Source: an uncultured Candidatus Rokubacteria bacterium (GTDB taxonomy: Bacteria; Methylomirabilota; Methylomirabilia; Rokubacteriales; CSP1-6). Taken from it: a stretch of 64,000 nt of DNA. The DNA lies in assembly GCA_963762145.1 (NCBI GenBank), contig CAVXJS010000008.1, forward strand, positions 72,191-136,190. The letters are read 5' to 3'. Positions 37,353-48,478 of the stretch are shown piece by piece. How positions within the stretch are numbered: position 1 is the stretch's first letter; every line of letters begins with the position of its first letter. The notes under the pieces were generated by a model. It saw nothing but the letters and a program-made list of their open reading frames with translations. It was not told where the DNA came from and made no database searches. The position numbers were made by a program, and so were the translations under genes.

Positions 37353-38906
37353 TCACCGCAGGCCGCGCACGCTCCAGACCGGCACCGGGCGGGCCAGGCC
37401 CTTGAGGGTGATCGGGCCCACGCTCTCCGCGTCGATCAGAGCCTCCACCGCGACCGCGACCCGCGCCGAGATCAGGATCTGCCCGCCGTCGGCCTCGCCG
37501 CAGAGGCGCGCGGCGAGGTTCGTGACCGCCCCGATCGCGCCGTAGTCGACGCGTCCCTCGAAGCCGATCGCGCCGATGGTGGCGTAGCCCTGGGCGAGGC
37601 CGATCTTGAGCGCCAGGTCCCAGCCCCGCTTGCGCCACTGGACGCCGAGGGTGTCGATGAGGTCGCGCATGGCGATCGCCATGCGCATCGCCCGCTCGGC
37701 CGGATTCGGCACCTCGACCGGGTCGTTGAAGAAGATCATCATCCCGTCGCCGGTGAAACGCTCGAGCGTGCCCTCGTGCTCCAGGATGAGCCGGCCCATC
37801 TCCGCGTGGTACTCGCGGAGCATGCCCATGATCTCCTCGGGCTCGGCGGTCTCGGCGAAGGAGGTGAAGCCGCGGAGGTCGATGAACACGACGGTGACCT
37901 CCCGGCGATGAGTCTTGAGTGGGTCGTCCGCCCCGCCGGCCACGATGAGCTCGGCGAGCTGCGGGGAGAAGAACCGCTTGAGGCGGCCGAGCCGCTCGAG
38001 CTGGGCCACCTGCTCGGCGACACGGCGCTCCAGCGTCTCGTTCAGCTCCGCGAGCTCGCGGCGCTGCCGGGCCTCCCGATCGTGGAGGCGCTTCTTCTCC
38101 AGGCACGCGCCGACCCGAGCCTGGAGCAACACGGGCTCGAACGGCTTGCCGAGGTAGTCCTCCGCCCCGAGCTGGATGCAGCGCACCACGCTGTCGAGCT
38201 CGTCCAGCGCCGAGATCATGAGCACCGGGATGTCGCGGAGGGCGGGATCGGCCTTGAGCCGCTCGAGCACCGCGTAGCCGTCGAGGTCCGGCATCATCAC
38301 GTCGAGCAGCACCAGGTCCACCGGCGTCGCGGTGAGCGTGGCCAGGGCGGCCCGCCCTCCGGCCGCGGTCAAGACTTCGTAGTTCTGACGCCTCAGGCGA
38401 CGCGCGAGCATGTCGCGATTGTCCTCGTTGTCGTCCACGACCAGGATCAGCCCTCGGTGCGCCGCCGGCTGACCGGCGGCGGGCTCCGCGCCAGCGCCCT
38501 GCTGCGCGCCCTCCCGGGCCGAAGGAGCGCCACCCGGACCCAGCAGCTCGTCGAGCCGCCCGGTGGCCGAGCGGATGCGGTCCAGATCGGCGAGCAGCGC
38601 GCCGGCGCCGGCTTCCGCCGCCCGTCGGCGCAAGGCCTCGCCGGCCGCACGGACGCGCTCCAGTGGCGGGCCCAGCGTGCCGCGCGCGGCCGCGAGATCC
38701 GGCGGCCCCGCGTGGCCCCGCGCCAGGACCTCGTTCAGCCGGGTCAGAAGCTGGCGCGCGTCCGCGCGCAGGGCGGAGAGGCCGGCGGCCAGCTCGAGGT
38801 GGTCGCCGCTCTCGAGCTCCTCGAGCAGCATCTCGGCGTAGCCGATGATGTGGTTCAGCGGCGTGCGCAGCTCGTGGCGAAGCTGCGCGGCGGGATCGAT
38901 GCTCAC
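37353..38906 (-). CDS. HisKA + receiver + class III adenylate/guanylate cyclase
   Basis: [19 protein letters not shown]; ILVVDD...LLDVMMP...KPF; VTVVFIDLRGFT, GDGMM and TNLAARL motifs. Confidence 0.9.
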   Translation of the reverse strand: MSIDPAAQLRHELRTPLNHIIGYAEMLLEELESGDHLELAAGLSALRADARQLLTRLNEVLARGHAGPPDLAAARGTLGPPLERVRAAGEALRRRAAEAGAGALLADLDRIRSATGRLDELLGPGGAPSAREGAQQGAGAEPAAGQPAAHRGLILVVDDNEDNRDMLARRLRRQNYEVLTAAGGRAALATLTATPVDLVLLDVMMPDLDGYAVLERLKADPALRDIPVLMISALDELDSVVRCIQLGAEDYLGKPFEPVLLQARVGACLEKKRLHDREARQRRELAELNETLERRVAEQVAQLERLGRLKRFFSPQLAELIVAGGADDPLKTHRREVTVVFIDLRGFTSFAETAEPEEIMGMLREYHAEMGRLILEHEGTLERFTGDGMMIFFNDPVEVPNPAERAMRMAIAMRDLIDTLGVQWRKRGWDLALKIGLAQGYATIGAIGFEGRVDYGAIGAVTNLAARLCGEADGGQILISARVAVAVEALIDAESVGPITLKGLARPVPVWSVRGLR

Positions 38907-39280
38907 GCGCCGCCCGTGCGCCCGAGCAGGGCCTCGATCTTCTCGAGCAGGCGGGCCAGATCGACCGGCTTGGTGTCGAAGTCGTCGCAGCCCGCCGCGA
39001 CCGCCTTCTCGCGATCGCCGGACATGGCGTGCGCGGTGAGCGCGATCACGGGAATGCCGCGGGTCTCCGGCGCCGCCTTGATCCGGCGAGTCGCCTCCCA
39101 GCCGTCCAGCCCCGGCAGGCTCATGTCCATCAGGATCAGCGCCGGCGCCTCCGAGCGGGCCATCGCGACGCCCTGCTCGCCGTCCACCGCGATGGCGACC
39201 TCGTAGCCGCGCCGGACGAGGCGGCGGGACAGCATGTCGCGGTTCATCTCGTTGTCCTCGACCAGCAGGATCTTGGCCAT
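38903..39280 (-). CDS. Single-domain response regulator (DivK-like)
   Basis: [33 protein letters not shown] and TKP motifs. Confidence 0.92.
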   Translation of the reverse strand: MAKILLVEDNEMNRDMLSRRLVRRGYEVAIAVDGEQGVAMARSEAPALILMDMSLPGLDGWEATRRIKAAPETRGIPVIALTAHAMSGDREKAVAAGCDDFDTKPVDLARLLEKIEALLGRTGGA

Positions 39281-42200
39281 CAGGCGCCGGGCCTCCGGCG
39301 GGCGACGCTGGTCGCCACCAGGTCGCGCACCTCGGCCAGCAGCTGCTCCCGGCCGTGGGTACCCTTCTGGAGGATCTTCTCGACGTGGCCGTTGAGGCGC
39401 TCGCGATCGTCGTGGGACAGGTCCTTGGCGGTGACGACCACGATGGGGATCGCGCGCCACGGCTCGTGGCGGCGGAACTCGGCGACGAACTCGAAGCCGT
39501 CCATCTCCGGCATCATCAGGTCGAGCAGGATGACGCTCGGCGAGGTGTCGCGCAGGCGTTCCAGCGCGACCCGCCCGTTCGGCGCCTCCACGACCGTATA
39601 GCCCTCGGGCTCCAGCATGCGCCGGAAGAGCTGACGGACCTCGACGTCGTCGTCCACCACGAGCACCGGCAGGTCGCGTCGGTGCTGCCTCAGCACCGTT
39701 ACCAGGCGCTCGCGGTCGATCGGCTTGGTCAGGTAGTCGGAGGCTCCCAGAGCGTAGCCGAGGTTCCGGTCGTCGACGATCGTCAGCATGATCACCGGGA
39801 TGTCGGCCAGGTCCGGGTCGGCCTTGAGGGCGGAGAGGACGGCCCAGCCGTCCATGCCCGGCATCATGACGTCGAGCGTGATCGCGTCCGGCCGCAGCTC
39901 CCGGGCTCGCCGGAGGCCCTCCTCGCCGCCCGCCGCGGTGACGATCCGGAAGCCCTCCTTGGTGAGGAACCGCTGCATCAGGTCTCGCACCGCCGCCTCG
40001 TCGTCGATCACGAGCACCGTGCCGACACCGGGGGCCGCGCGCTCGGCCGGGCCGGCGAGGACCGGCGGCTCGACGGCTTCGGCCACCTCGGCCGGCAGCC
40101 GGATCGTGAACGTGCTGCCCCTGCCCGCCTCGCTCTCGACGGTGACGTCGCCGCCCATCATGCGGCAGAGACGCCGGCTGATCGCCAGGCCGAGCCCGGT
40201 CCCGCCGTACTTGCGGGTGGTGGCCGCGTCGGCCTGGGAGAACGCCTCGAACAGCCGCCCGAGCTGCTCCTCGGTCATGCCGATGCCGGTGTCGCTGACC
40301 GCGAAGACCATCGAGTCCTGCCCACTCCCGGTCTCCCGGGTCACCGCCAGCGTGATCGTGCCGTGGTCGGTGAACTTGCAGGCGTTGGACAGCAGGTTGA
40401 ACAGGGCCTGGCGGACCTTGGTCAGGTCCGCCTGCATCGGCCCGATGTCGTCGGGGCAGCGCACCACCAGCCTGTTCGCGTTCTTCTCGACCAGCGGCTG
40501 GATCATCGCCGCGACGTCGCGCACCAGGCCGGCCACCTCGAAGCTCTCGAGATACAGCTCCATCTTGCCCGCCTCGATCTTGGAGAGGTCGAGGATGTCG
40601 TTGATCAGCCCCAGCAGGTGCTTGCCCGCCGCGTTGATCTTCTGGAGATCGCGGTGAACTGCTCGGCCCCGAGGTCGTCCGCCTCCTCCTGGAGCATCTC
40701 GCTGTAGCCGATGATGGCGTTCAGCGGCGTGCGCAGCTCGTGGGACATGTTGGCCAGGAACTCCGACTTGTGGCGGTCGGCCTCCTCGAGCTGGCGGCTC
40801 TTGTCCTCGATCTCCTGGAAGAGGCGCGCGTTCTGGATCGCCAGCGCCGACTGGGTGGCGAAGGTCTGCAGCAGGTCGACCACCTCCGGGGAGAACTCCC
40901 GGGCGTCTTCTTGTTGACGGTGAGCGCGCCGATGAGATGCTCCTCCCGCGGAGCGGCACCGCCGAGCAGGGCGCGGTTTCCCGTCCGGAGCAGGACATCA
41001 CGGAGTGGGCCACGGTACGCGCCTTCCAGGCCGATGTCGGGGATCTGGACCGGCTCCCGGGTCACGGCCATGCGCCCGCATGCGCCTTCGCCCGCGTCGG
41101 ATCGGCGTGCGCCGGGACACCTCGATCACCTCCTCGGTCGAGGTTGTCGGTCGCCCGGAAGTGAACTCCTCGGTCCCCTCGTCGTACTCGCAGACCGAGC
41201 ACGCCGTCGGCACCGGCGAGCTGGCTGGCGCGGGACACGATCGTGCTGAGCACCGTCTCGAGGTCGAGCGTCGAGCTGAGGGCCTGGCTGACCTCGCCCA
41301 GCGCCTGCAGCTCCTCGACCGAGCGGGTGAGCTCGGCGGTCCGCTCCTGCAGCTCGCTGAGCAGCCGGGCGTTCTCGATGGCGATGACCGCCTGGTCGGC
41401 GAAGGTCTCCAGCAGCGCGATCTGGCCGTCGGTGAACGGCCGGACCTCGTGCCGGTAGATCGATGATCACGCCCGAGCAGCTCGCCCGCTCGGACGCATC
41501 GGGATCGCCATGACGGTCCGGTCAGCGTCGATCTGCTGCGCTCCGTAGCCGTACTCGGGATCGGCCGACGTCGTCGGCACGTGGACGGTCCGCCGCTCGA
41601 GCACCGCGCGCCCGGTGGCGCTGCCGCGGCCCGAGCGACGATGGGATCTGCTCGACGAACGCTCGAAGCTCCGGCGAGGCTGTGTGGGCGACCCGACGCG
41701 CAGATAGCTGCACCGTCGAACCGGAAGATCAACCCGCTCGGCCTCGCACAGCCGCACAGCATTCTCGGCGAGCGTCTCGAAGACCGGCTGGAGATCGAAC
41801 GTGGAGCGCCCGATCACCTTGAGCATCTCGCTGGTCGCGGTCTGCTGCTCGAGCGCGACCCGCAGCTCGCTGTTGCGCTCCTCGAGCTCCTCGAACAGGC
41901 GCACGTTCTCGATGGCGATCACCGCCTGGTCGGCGAAGGTCTTGAGGAGCTCGACTGGCCGGCCGCGAACGCCCCCGGCTCTGACCGCTGGATGACGATG
42001 ACCCCGATCGGCGTCGCCGTCGGCCCGGAGCATCGGGACCCCGAGCAGGCTCCGCCAGTCGCGTCTGGGCCGCGCATCTCTTGCGGATACTCCGCGTCGG
42101 CCGCGCACGTCCTGGATCTGCGCCGACGGCCCGGTCCAGGATCGCCCGCCCCGACGACCTGCGCCCGTGCGTCGGCGCATCGGGATAGACGCGCTGCAGC

Positions 42201-45200
42201 GCCGCGAGCGCCTCGGCGGCTGATCGTGATGCGCCGACCAGATGGAGACAGTCGCCGTCGAACTGAACACGGCGCCGGTCGCGGGCCCCGCGACAGCTGC
42301 ACGCGCGCTCCGACGATCGTCGTCGAACACCGGCTGGACGTCGGTCGGCGAGCTGCTGATGACGCGCAGGATCTCGCTGGTCGCGGTCTGCTGCTCCAGC
42401 GCCTCGGTGAGGTCGGCGTTCTTGGCCTGCAGCTCGCTGAGCAGCCGCGCGTTCTCGATCGCGATCGCCGCCTGGTCGGCGAAGGTCTCCATCAGGGCGA
42501 TCTGGCCGTCCGTGAACGGCCGGACCTCGAGCCGGTAGATGGTGATCACCCCGAGCAGCTCGCCCGCCCTGAGCATCGGAACCGCCAGCGCGGTCCGGAT
42601 CGGGTCATGTGCCGGAGCCCGAACGCGTACTCGGGGTCGGCCTGACGGCGTCGTGGATGTGGACGGTACGCCGCTCGAGGGCGGCCCGCGCCGGACCGCT
42701 GCCGCGGCCGGGCGTAATGGGATTCCGCTCGACGAACTCCCTGAGCTCGGGGGGGGCGTTGTGGGTGACCACCGACTCGCAGGACCTGCCGTCGGGCCGC
42801 CAGACGAACGCGCGCTCGGCCTCGCACAGGCGGACCGCGTTCTCGGCCAGCGTCTCGAAGACCGGCTGCAGGTCGAAGGTGGACCGGCCGATCACCTTGA
42901 GCAGCTCGCTGGTCGCGGTCTGCTGCTCGAGCGCGACCCGCAGCTCGCTGTTGCGCGCCTCCAGCTCGGTGAAGAGGCGGACGTTCTCGATCGCGATCAC
43001 CGCCTGCTCGGCGAAGGTCTGGAGCAGCGCGATCTGATTCGGTCGGGAACGGCCGCGGCTCGACCGCGCCGGATGACGATTGCCCCGATCGCGGCGCCCT
43101 CCCGCAGCATGGGAACCGCGAGCATGGCTGCGCGCAGCCTCCCAGCGTGGCCACTCTCTGCTGATACTCGGGGTCGGTCAGGGTGTCCTCGATGTCGCAC
43201 CGACCGCCGCGCTCAGGACGGCCCGGCCCGCCGCGTGCTGCCGGTTCGGCCGATCGGGTACAGAGCCTTCGCAGCAGCTCGAGGAGCTCACCGGTCACGT
43301 TGTGGTGCAGCGCGACCAGGTGCATGCGCTCGCCATCGAATCGGTAGAGCACGACAGAAGCGGCGCCGCACAGACGCAGGCGCGCTGTCCGACGATCGCG
43401 TCGAAGACCGGCTGCACGTCGGTCGGCGAGCCGGAGATCACGCGCAAGATCTCGGCTGGTGGCCGTCTGCTGCTCCAGGGCATCGGTGAGGTCGGCGTTG
43501 CGCGCCTCGCAGCTCCGTGAACAGCCGCACGTTCTCGATCGCGATGACCGCCTGGTCGGCGAAGGTCTGGAGCAGCTCGATCTGCTGCTCGGTGAAGGGT
43601 CTGACGATCCGGCGCGCCAGCGTGATGGCGCCCAGCGCGCGACCGTCGCGGATCAGCGGAACGGAGAGGACGGTCCGATAGATCCGGCGGAGCGGCCTCC
43701 TCGAGCTCGGGGTCCTCCCGGACATCGGCGATGTGCACCGCGGCCGCGCTCAGGATGGCCCGGGCGGTCGGGCTCTGGCGCGCCGGCGCCTGGGGGAACG
43801 ACCCCCGGGCCGACTCGATCTCCGTCGAGGTACGGCCGTGGTGAGCCACGAAGTGGATCAGCTCGCCGTCGAAGCGGAAGAGGCTGGCGGTATCCGCCTC
43901 GCACAGCCCGGTCGCCGAGGTGGCGATGGCCTCGAAGGTCGGCTGGATCTCGGTCGGCGAGCCCGAGATCACCCGCAGGATCTCGGCGGTCGCGGTCTGC
44001 TGCTCCAGCGCGACCCGCAGCTCGGCGTTGCGCGCCTCCAGCTCCGTGAACAGGCGGACGTTCTCGATCGCGATGACCGCCTGGTCGGCGAAGGTCTCGA
44101 GGAGCCTCACCTGCTTGTCGGAGAAGGGCAGAGCTCTCCATGCGCCGGATCAAGATCGCGCCGAGGGCGACGCCCTCGCGCAGCAATGGCACGGCCAGCG
44201 TCGTCGTGGTGGCCGGTCTGCCGCTGGTCGAGTTTCCCTTCCGGATACTCGGAGTCCGACTCCGCCGCGAGGTCGTGTACGTGAATGGTCCGCCGATCGA
44301 CCACGGCGCGCCCGGTCACCGCACCCGCGACCGATCGGCTCGACTCTCATAGGTGCGCAGCGACCGGCCCATGATGCCGCCACTCGCACGAGGGATCCGT
44401 CCTCCACGCGGAAAATCGCCCGCGTCGATGGCGCCGCACAACCTGCGCCGCGTTCTCGGCCGATCGCGTCGAGGACCGGCTGGAGATCGGTCGGCGAGCT
44501 CGAGATGACGCGCAGGATCTCGCTGGTCGCCGTCTGCTGCTCCAGGGCCTCGGTGAGGTCGGCGTTCCTGCTCTGCAGCTCGGTGAGCAGCCGCGCGTTC
44601 TCAATGGCGATCACCGCCTGGTCGGCGAAGGTGGCGACGAGGTCGATCTGCTTGTCGGTGAACGCGCGGACCTCGGTCCGCCACATGAAGAACAGTCCGA
44701 TCAGCTCGTCCTGCCTCAGCATGGGGACGGCCAGCACGGTCCGGTAGCCGCCGAGCCGCTGCGCCTCGTGCTGCTCCCACTCGAGATCGGCGACCGTGTC
44801 GAGGATGTGGACGGTCCGGCGCTCGATGGCGGCCCGCCCGATCGCGGAGCCGCGTCCGGGCCGAATCACGTTCCGTCGCCAGAACTCGCTGAACGCGGGG
44901 CTGGCCCCATGCTCCGCGAGGAACCGAAACACCTCGCCGTCGAACCGCGCGATGAGCGCTCCCTCGGCCCCGGCCAGCCGAGCCGCGTTCTCGACCAGGG
45001 TCTCGAGCACCGGCTGGAGATCGAACGTCGAGCGGCTGATCACCTTGAGCACTTCGCTGGTGGCCGTCTGCTGCTCGAGGGCCAGTCTCAGCTCATTGTT
45101 CCGCACCTCCAGCTCGCTGAACAGCCGCACGTTCTCGATGGCGATCACCGCCTGGTCAGCGAAGGTCTGGAGCAGGGCGACCTGACGCTCGGTGAAGGGT

Positions 45201-47356
45201 CGCGCCTCGGTGCGGCGAACGCCGATCATGCCGATGGCAACTCCCTCTCGGAGCAAGGGGACGCCCAGTATCGTCCGATGGCCCAGGCGCCTCGCGGTCT
45301 CGCTACCCTCCGGGAACTCGGCCTCGGCAGCCTGGATATCGGCCACGTGAACGGTCCGGCCATCGAGAATGGTTCGGCCGTTGACCGTTCCCCGGATGAC
45401 CGGGATGGTGGCCGGGGGAGGAATCGGGCCATGATGGGCGGCGAGGTGTGTGAGGTCTCCGTCCCGGCGGAACACCGCGGCGTCCAGCGAGTCGCAGAGA
45501 CGCGCGGCACTCTCCGCGACCACGTCGAAGACCGGCTGGACGTCGGTCGGCGAGCGCGAGATGACACGCAGGATCTCGCTCGTCGCGGTCTGCTGTTCCA
45601 GGGACTCGGTGAGGTCGGCATTTCTCGCCTGCAGCTCGCCGAGCAGGCGCGCGTTCTCCACCGCGATCACCGCCTGGTCGGCAAACGTCCGGAGCAGCGC
45701 GATCTCGGCGGACGCGAACCCCCCCGCCGGCGCCCGGGTGACCGCGACCACTCCGACCACGTCCTCGCCGCGCAACATCGGCACCGCGACGGCCGAGCGA
45801 AAGCCGTGTGCCCGGGCCTCCTCCTGGAACCTCACGCTCCAGGAGCGGTCCGCGTCCGTGTCGACGATGTGCTGCACGGTCCGCGTCAGCACCGTGCGGC
45901 CCGAGAGCGAGCCCTCCATCGGAGGGTGCGGGACGCCGCGCGCCTCGATGAAGGGCGCGACACTCCCGGGCGAGCCGCCCCGTGCCGCGGCCAGGCGGAT
46001 GAGATTGTCCTCCCCGTCGAAGGCCCACACCGAGACCGCCCAGGCTTGGAGCAGCCGCATGCTGCTGTCCGCGATGGCCTCGAAGACCGGCTGGACGTCG
46101 GCCCGGGCGTGGCTGATCGCGCGAAGGATCTCGGCGGTGGCGGTCTGACGGTCGAGGGCGTCCGTCAGGTCGCGGTTGCGGCCCTCCAGCTCCCTGAACA
46201 GGCGGACGTTCTCGATGGCGATGACGGCCTGGTCGGCGAAGGTCTTCACCAGCGCGATCTGGCTCTCGGAGAACGCCCGTGGCTCAGCCCGCGAGATCCG
46301 GATCACTCCGATCGGCGTGCCTTCGCGCAGCATCGGGACCGCCAGGGCAGACCGATAGCCGATAGCGCGGGCGGTCTCCCCCGCCTGTCGGTACTCCGGA
46401 TTGTCCATCACATCGGCCACGTGGATGATGGTCCGATCCAGGATCGCCAGGCCCACCCAGGTCTCGCGGGTCGCGCGACTGGGGAACATGCGCCGAAGGG
46501 CCTCGAGCCCGTCGCCCCGGAGGTTGTGATGAGCAACAAGGCTGATCATCTCTCCATCGAAGCGATAGAGCGCACCGAAGAGCCCTTCGCAGAGTCTGAC
46601 CGCGCTCTGGACGATCGCCTCGTAGACCGGCTGGACGTCGGTCGGCGAGCTCGCGATGACGCGCAGGATTCCGGAAGTGGAGGTCTGCTGCTCCAGCGCC
46701 TCGGCGAGGTCCGCGTTTCGGGTCTGGAGCTCGCTCAGCAGGCGCGCGTTCTCGATCGCGATCGTCGCCTGGTCGGCGAACGTCTGCGCCAGCGAAAGCT
46801 CGGCGGGCGTGAAGCCACCCACCTGCGTCCGGGCGATCCCGATCAGACCAGCGACCGCACCCGCACCGAGCATCGGCACCACCACGAGGGCGCGGAAGCC
46901 ACGCAATCTGGCCTGTTCACGGATCCGCGGACCCCAGGATGGATCGGTGTCCACGTCGACGATATGCTGCACGGTTCGGGTGAGCACCGCCCGGCCTTGA
47001 GGCGTGTCCTCGCTCGGGGGACGCGGCGCCCCAAGCTCCGCCAGGAACACCTCGCTGCTGCCAGGCAGCCCTCCCCGCGCCGTCACCATCCGGATGAGCC
47101 CGCCCTCGTACCGGAAGACCGTGACCGACCAAGCGCCGAAGAGCCGCATCGCGCTGTCGGCGATGCCCTCGAAGACCGGCTGGACGTCCGCCGGCGCACC
47201 CGCGATCACCTTCAATATCTCGCCGGTGGCGGCCTGGCGCTCCAGCGCCTCGGTCAGCGCGTGCTCGAACCGGGCGCTCTTCGCCCGCTCCTCCACGAGC
47301 GAGGCCTGGAGAGCGTCGACCAGCGCCGCGAGCTCAGTCCGATCGTGTGAGGCCAT
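39280..47356 (-). CDS. Giant hybrid histidine kinase, 12xGAF-HisKA-HATPase-REC-REC (many apparent frameshifts between 40650 and 44460)
   Basis: TFADQA(V/A/T)IA(I/V)EN(A/V)RL-type motif 12 times at ~535-bp spacing; [32 protein letters not shown] and GGTGLGL motifs; two receiver domains. Confidence 0.82.
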
Positions 47357-47392
47357 CGCCTGACTCCGAGAAGGGCAGATTGGAGCCGGGAC

Positions 47393-47401
47393 ACTCTAGC
47401 A
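47393..47401 (-). promoter_or_regulatory. Extended -10 element for the kinase operon
   Basis: TGCTAGAGT on the minus strand just after the AI-2E stop; GGAG SD before ATG 47356. Confidence 0.45.
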
Positions 47402-47404
47402 CAG

Positions 47405-48478
47405 CTATCCGCGCGCCTTCTTCTCGCGCACTCTCGCCTCACGCGCGTAGAGGCGCAGCACCGCGACCGCGAGGGCCATGATCACCGGACCCGCGATCAG
47501 GCCCATCAGGCCCATCACCTCGAGCCCGCCGAACAGGGCGAGGAAGGTCAGGATCACGGGCATCTCCTCGTCGCCCACGAGGCGCGGTCGGATCACGTAG
47601 TCGCTGAAGCCCACCACGACCAGCGCGCCCCACAGCAGCTCCACCACGCCCATGGCCGGGCTTCCGACCGCGAAGAGGTAGATGCCCGCGGGAATCCAGA
47701 TCAGCAGCGTGCCCACCGCGGGGACCAGCGAGGCGATCGCGGTCGCCACCGCCAGGAAGAGTGGGGTTGGCACGCCGGTGATCCAGTAGCCGAGGCCGGC
47801 GAGGGCGCCCTGGGCGAGACCGGTGACGATCGTGCCGGAGAGCGTCAGGCGCCCGACCCGTCGGAACTCCTCCAGCAGCGCGCGGGTGTACTCGTGGCGC
47901 AGCGGGGAGACACCCTCGGCCGTCGCGACCATGCGCGGCCAGTGGCGGAGGATCACGTGCATGGTCAACAGGGCGAAGAAGAGCCCGAGCAGGGTCCGGA
48001 CGGTGACCGAGGCGGCCGTGCCCGCGACCGCCGCCGACCCCGAGGCGATCTCGGTGGCGGCACCCTCGAGGCGCTGCCGCAGGTTCTCGGTGGAGATGCC
48101 GAACCGGCCGAGCCAGCCCGTCACCGCGTCGAGCCAGCCGATGAGAGCCCCTCCCGGCTTGAGTCCCTCGCGCGCCGCGGCGATCAGCGCGACCGCCTGG
48201 GTCACGAAGGACGACACGAAGGCCACCACCGCGCCGACGATGACGAGCCCCGTCGCGAGCACGGTGGCGACCGAGGCGAGCAGCGGACGGCGGCTCCAGC
48301 GCGCCAGGCGGTCGTACACCGGCTCGAGCGTGAAGCCCATCAGCGCGCCCAGCAGGAGGCCCGTGGCAAAGAGATGCGAGAGCCAGGCGATGATCAGCAG
48401 CGCGGCGGCCGCCAGCCAGGCGAGGGCCCGCCCCGGCGTTCCGCGGCCCGGCTCCGGAGGGATGGCGGCCACCGTCAC
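47405..48478 (-). CDS. AI-2E family transporter
   Basis: GTGA overlap; QGALAGLGY, SLVPAVG, DYVIRPRLVG and FGGLEVMGLMGLIAGP motifs. Confidence 0.88.
   Translation of the reverse strand: MTVAAIPPEPGRGTPGRALAWLAAAALLIIAWLSHLFATGLLLGALMGFTLEPVYDRLARWSRRPLLASVATVLATGLVIVGAVVAFVSSFVTQAVALIAAAREGLKPGGALIGWLDAVTGWLGRFGISTENLRQRLEGAATEIASGSAAVAGTAASVTVRTLLGLFFALLTMHVILRHWPRMVATAEGVSPLRHEYTRALLEEFRRVGRLTLSGTIVTGLAQGALAGLGYWITGVPTPLFLAVATAIASLVPAVGTLLIWIPAGIYLFAVGSPAMGVVELLWGALVVVGFSDYVIRPRLVGDEEMPVILTFLALFGGLEVMGLMGLIAGPVIMALAVAVLRLYAREARVREKKARG

Noticed and set aside
40800-46800. Regularly spaced repeats as a CRISPR array or DGR
   Set aside because: The period is ~535 bp and the repeats encode GAF linker helices; no cas or reverse transcriptase gene is present.
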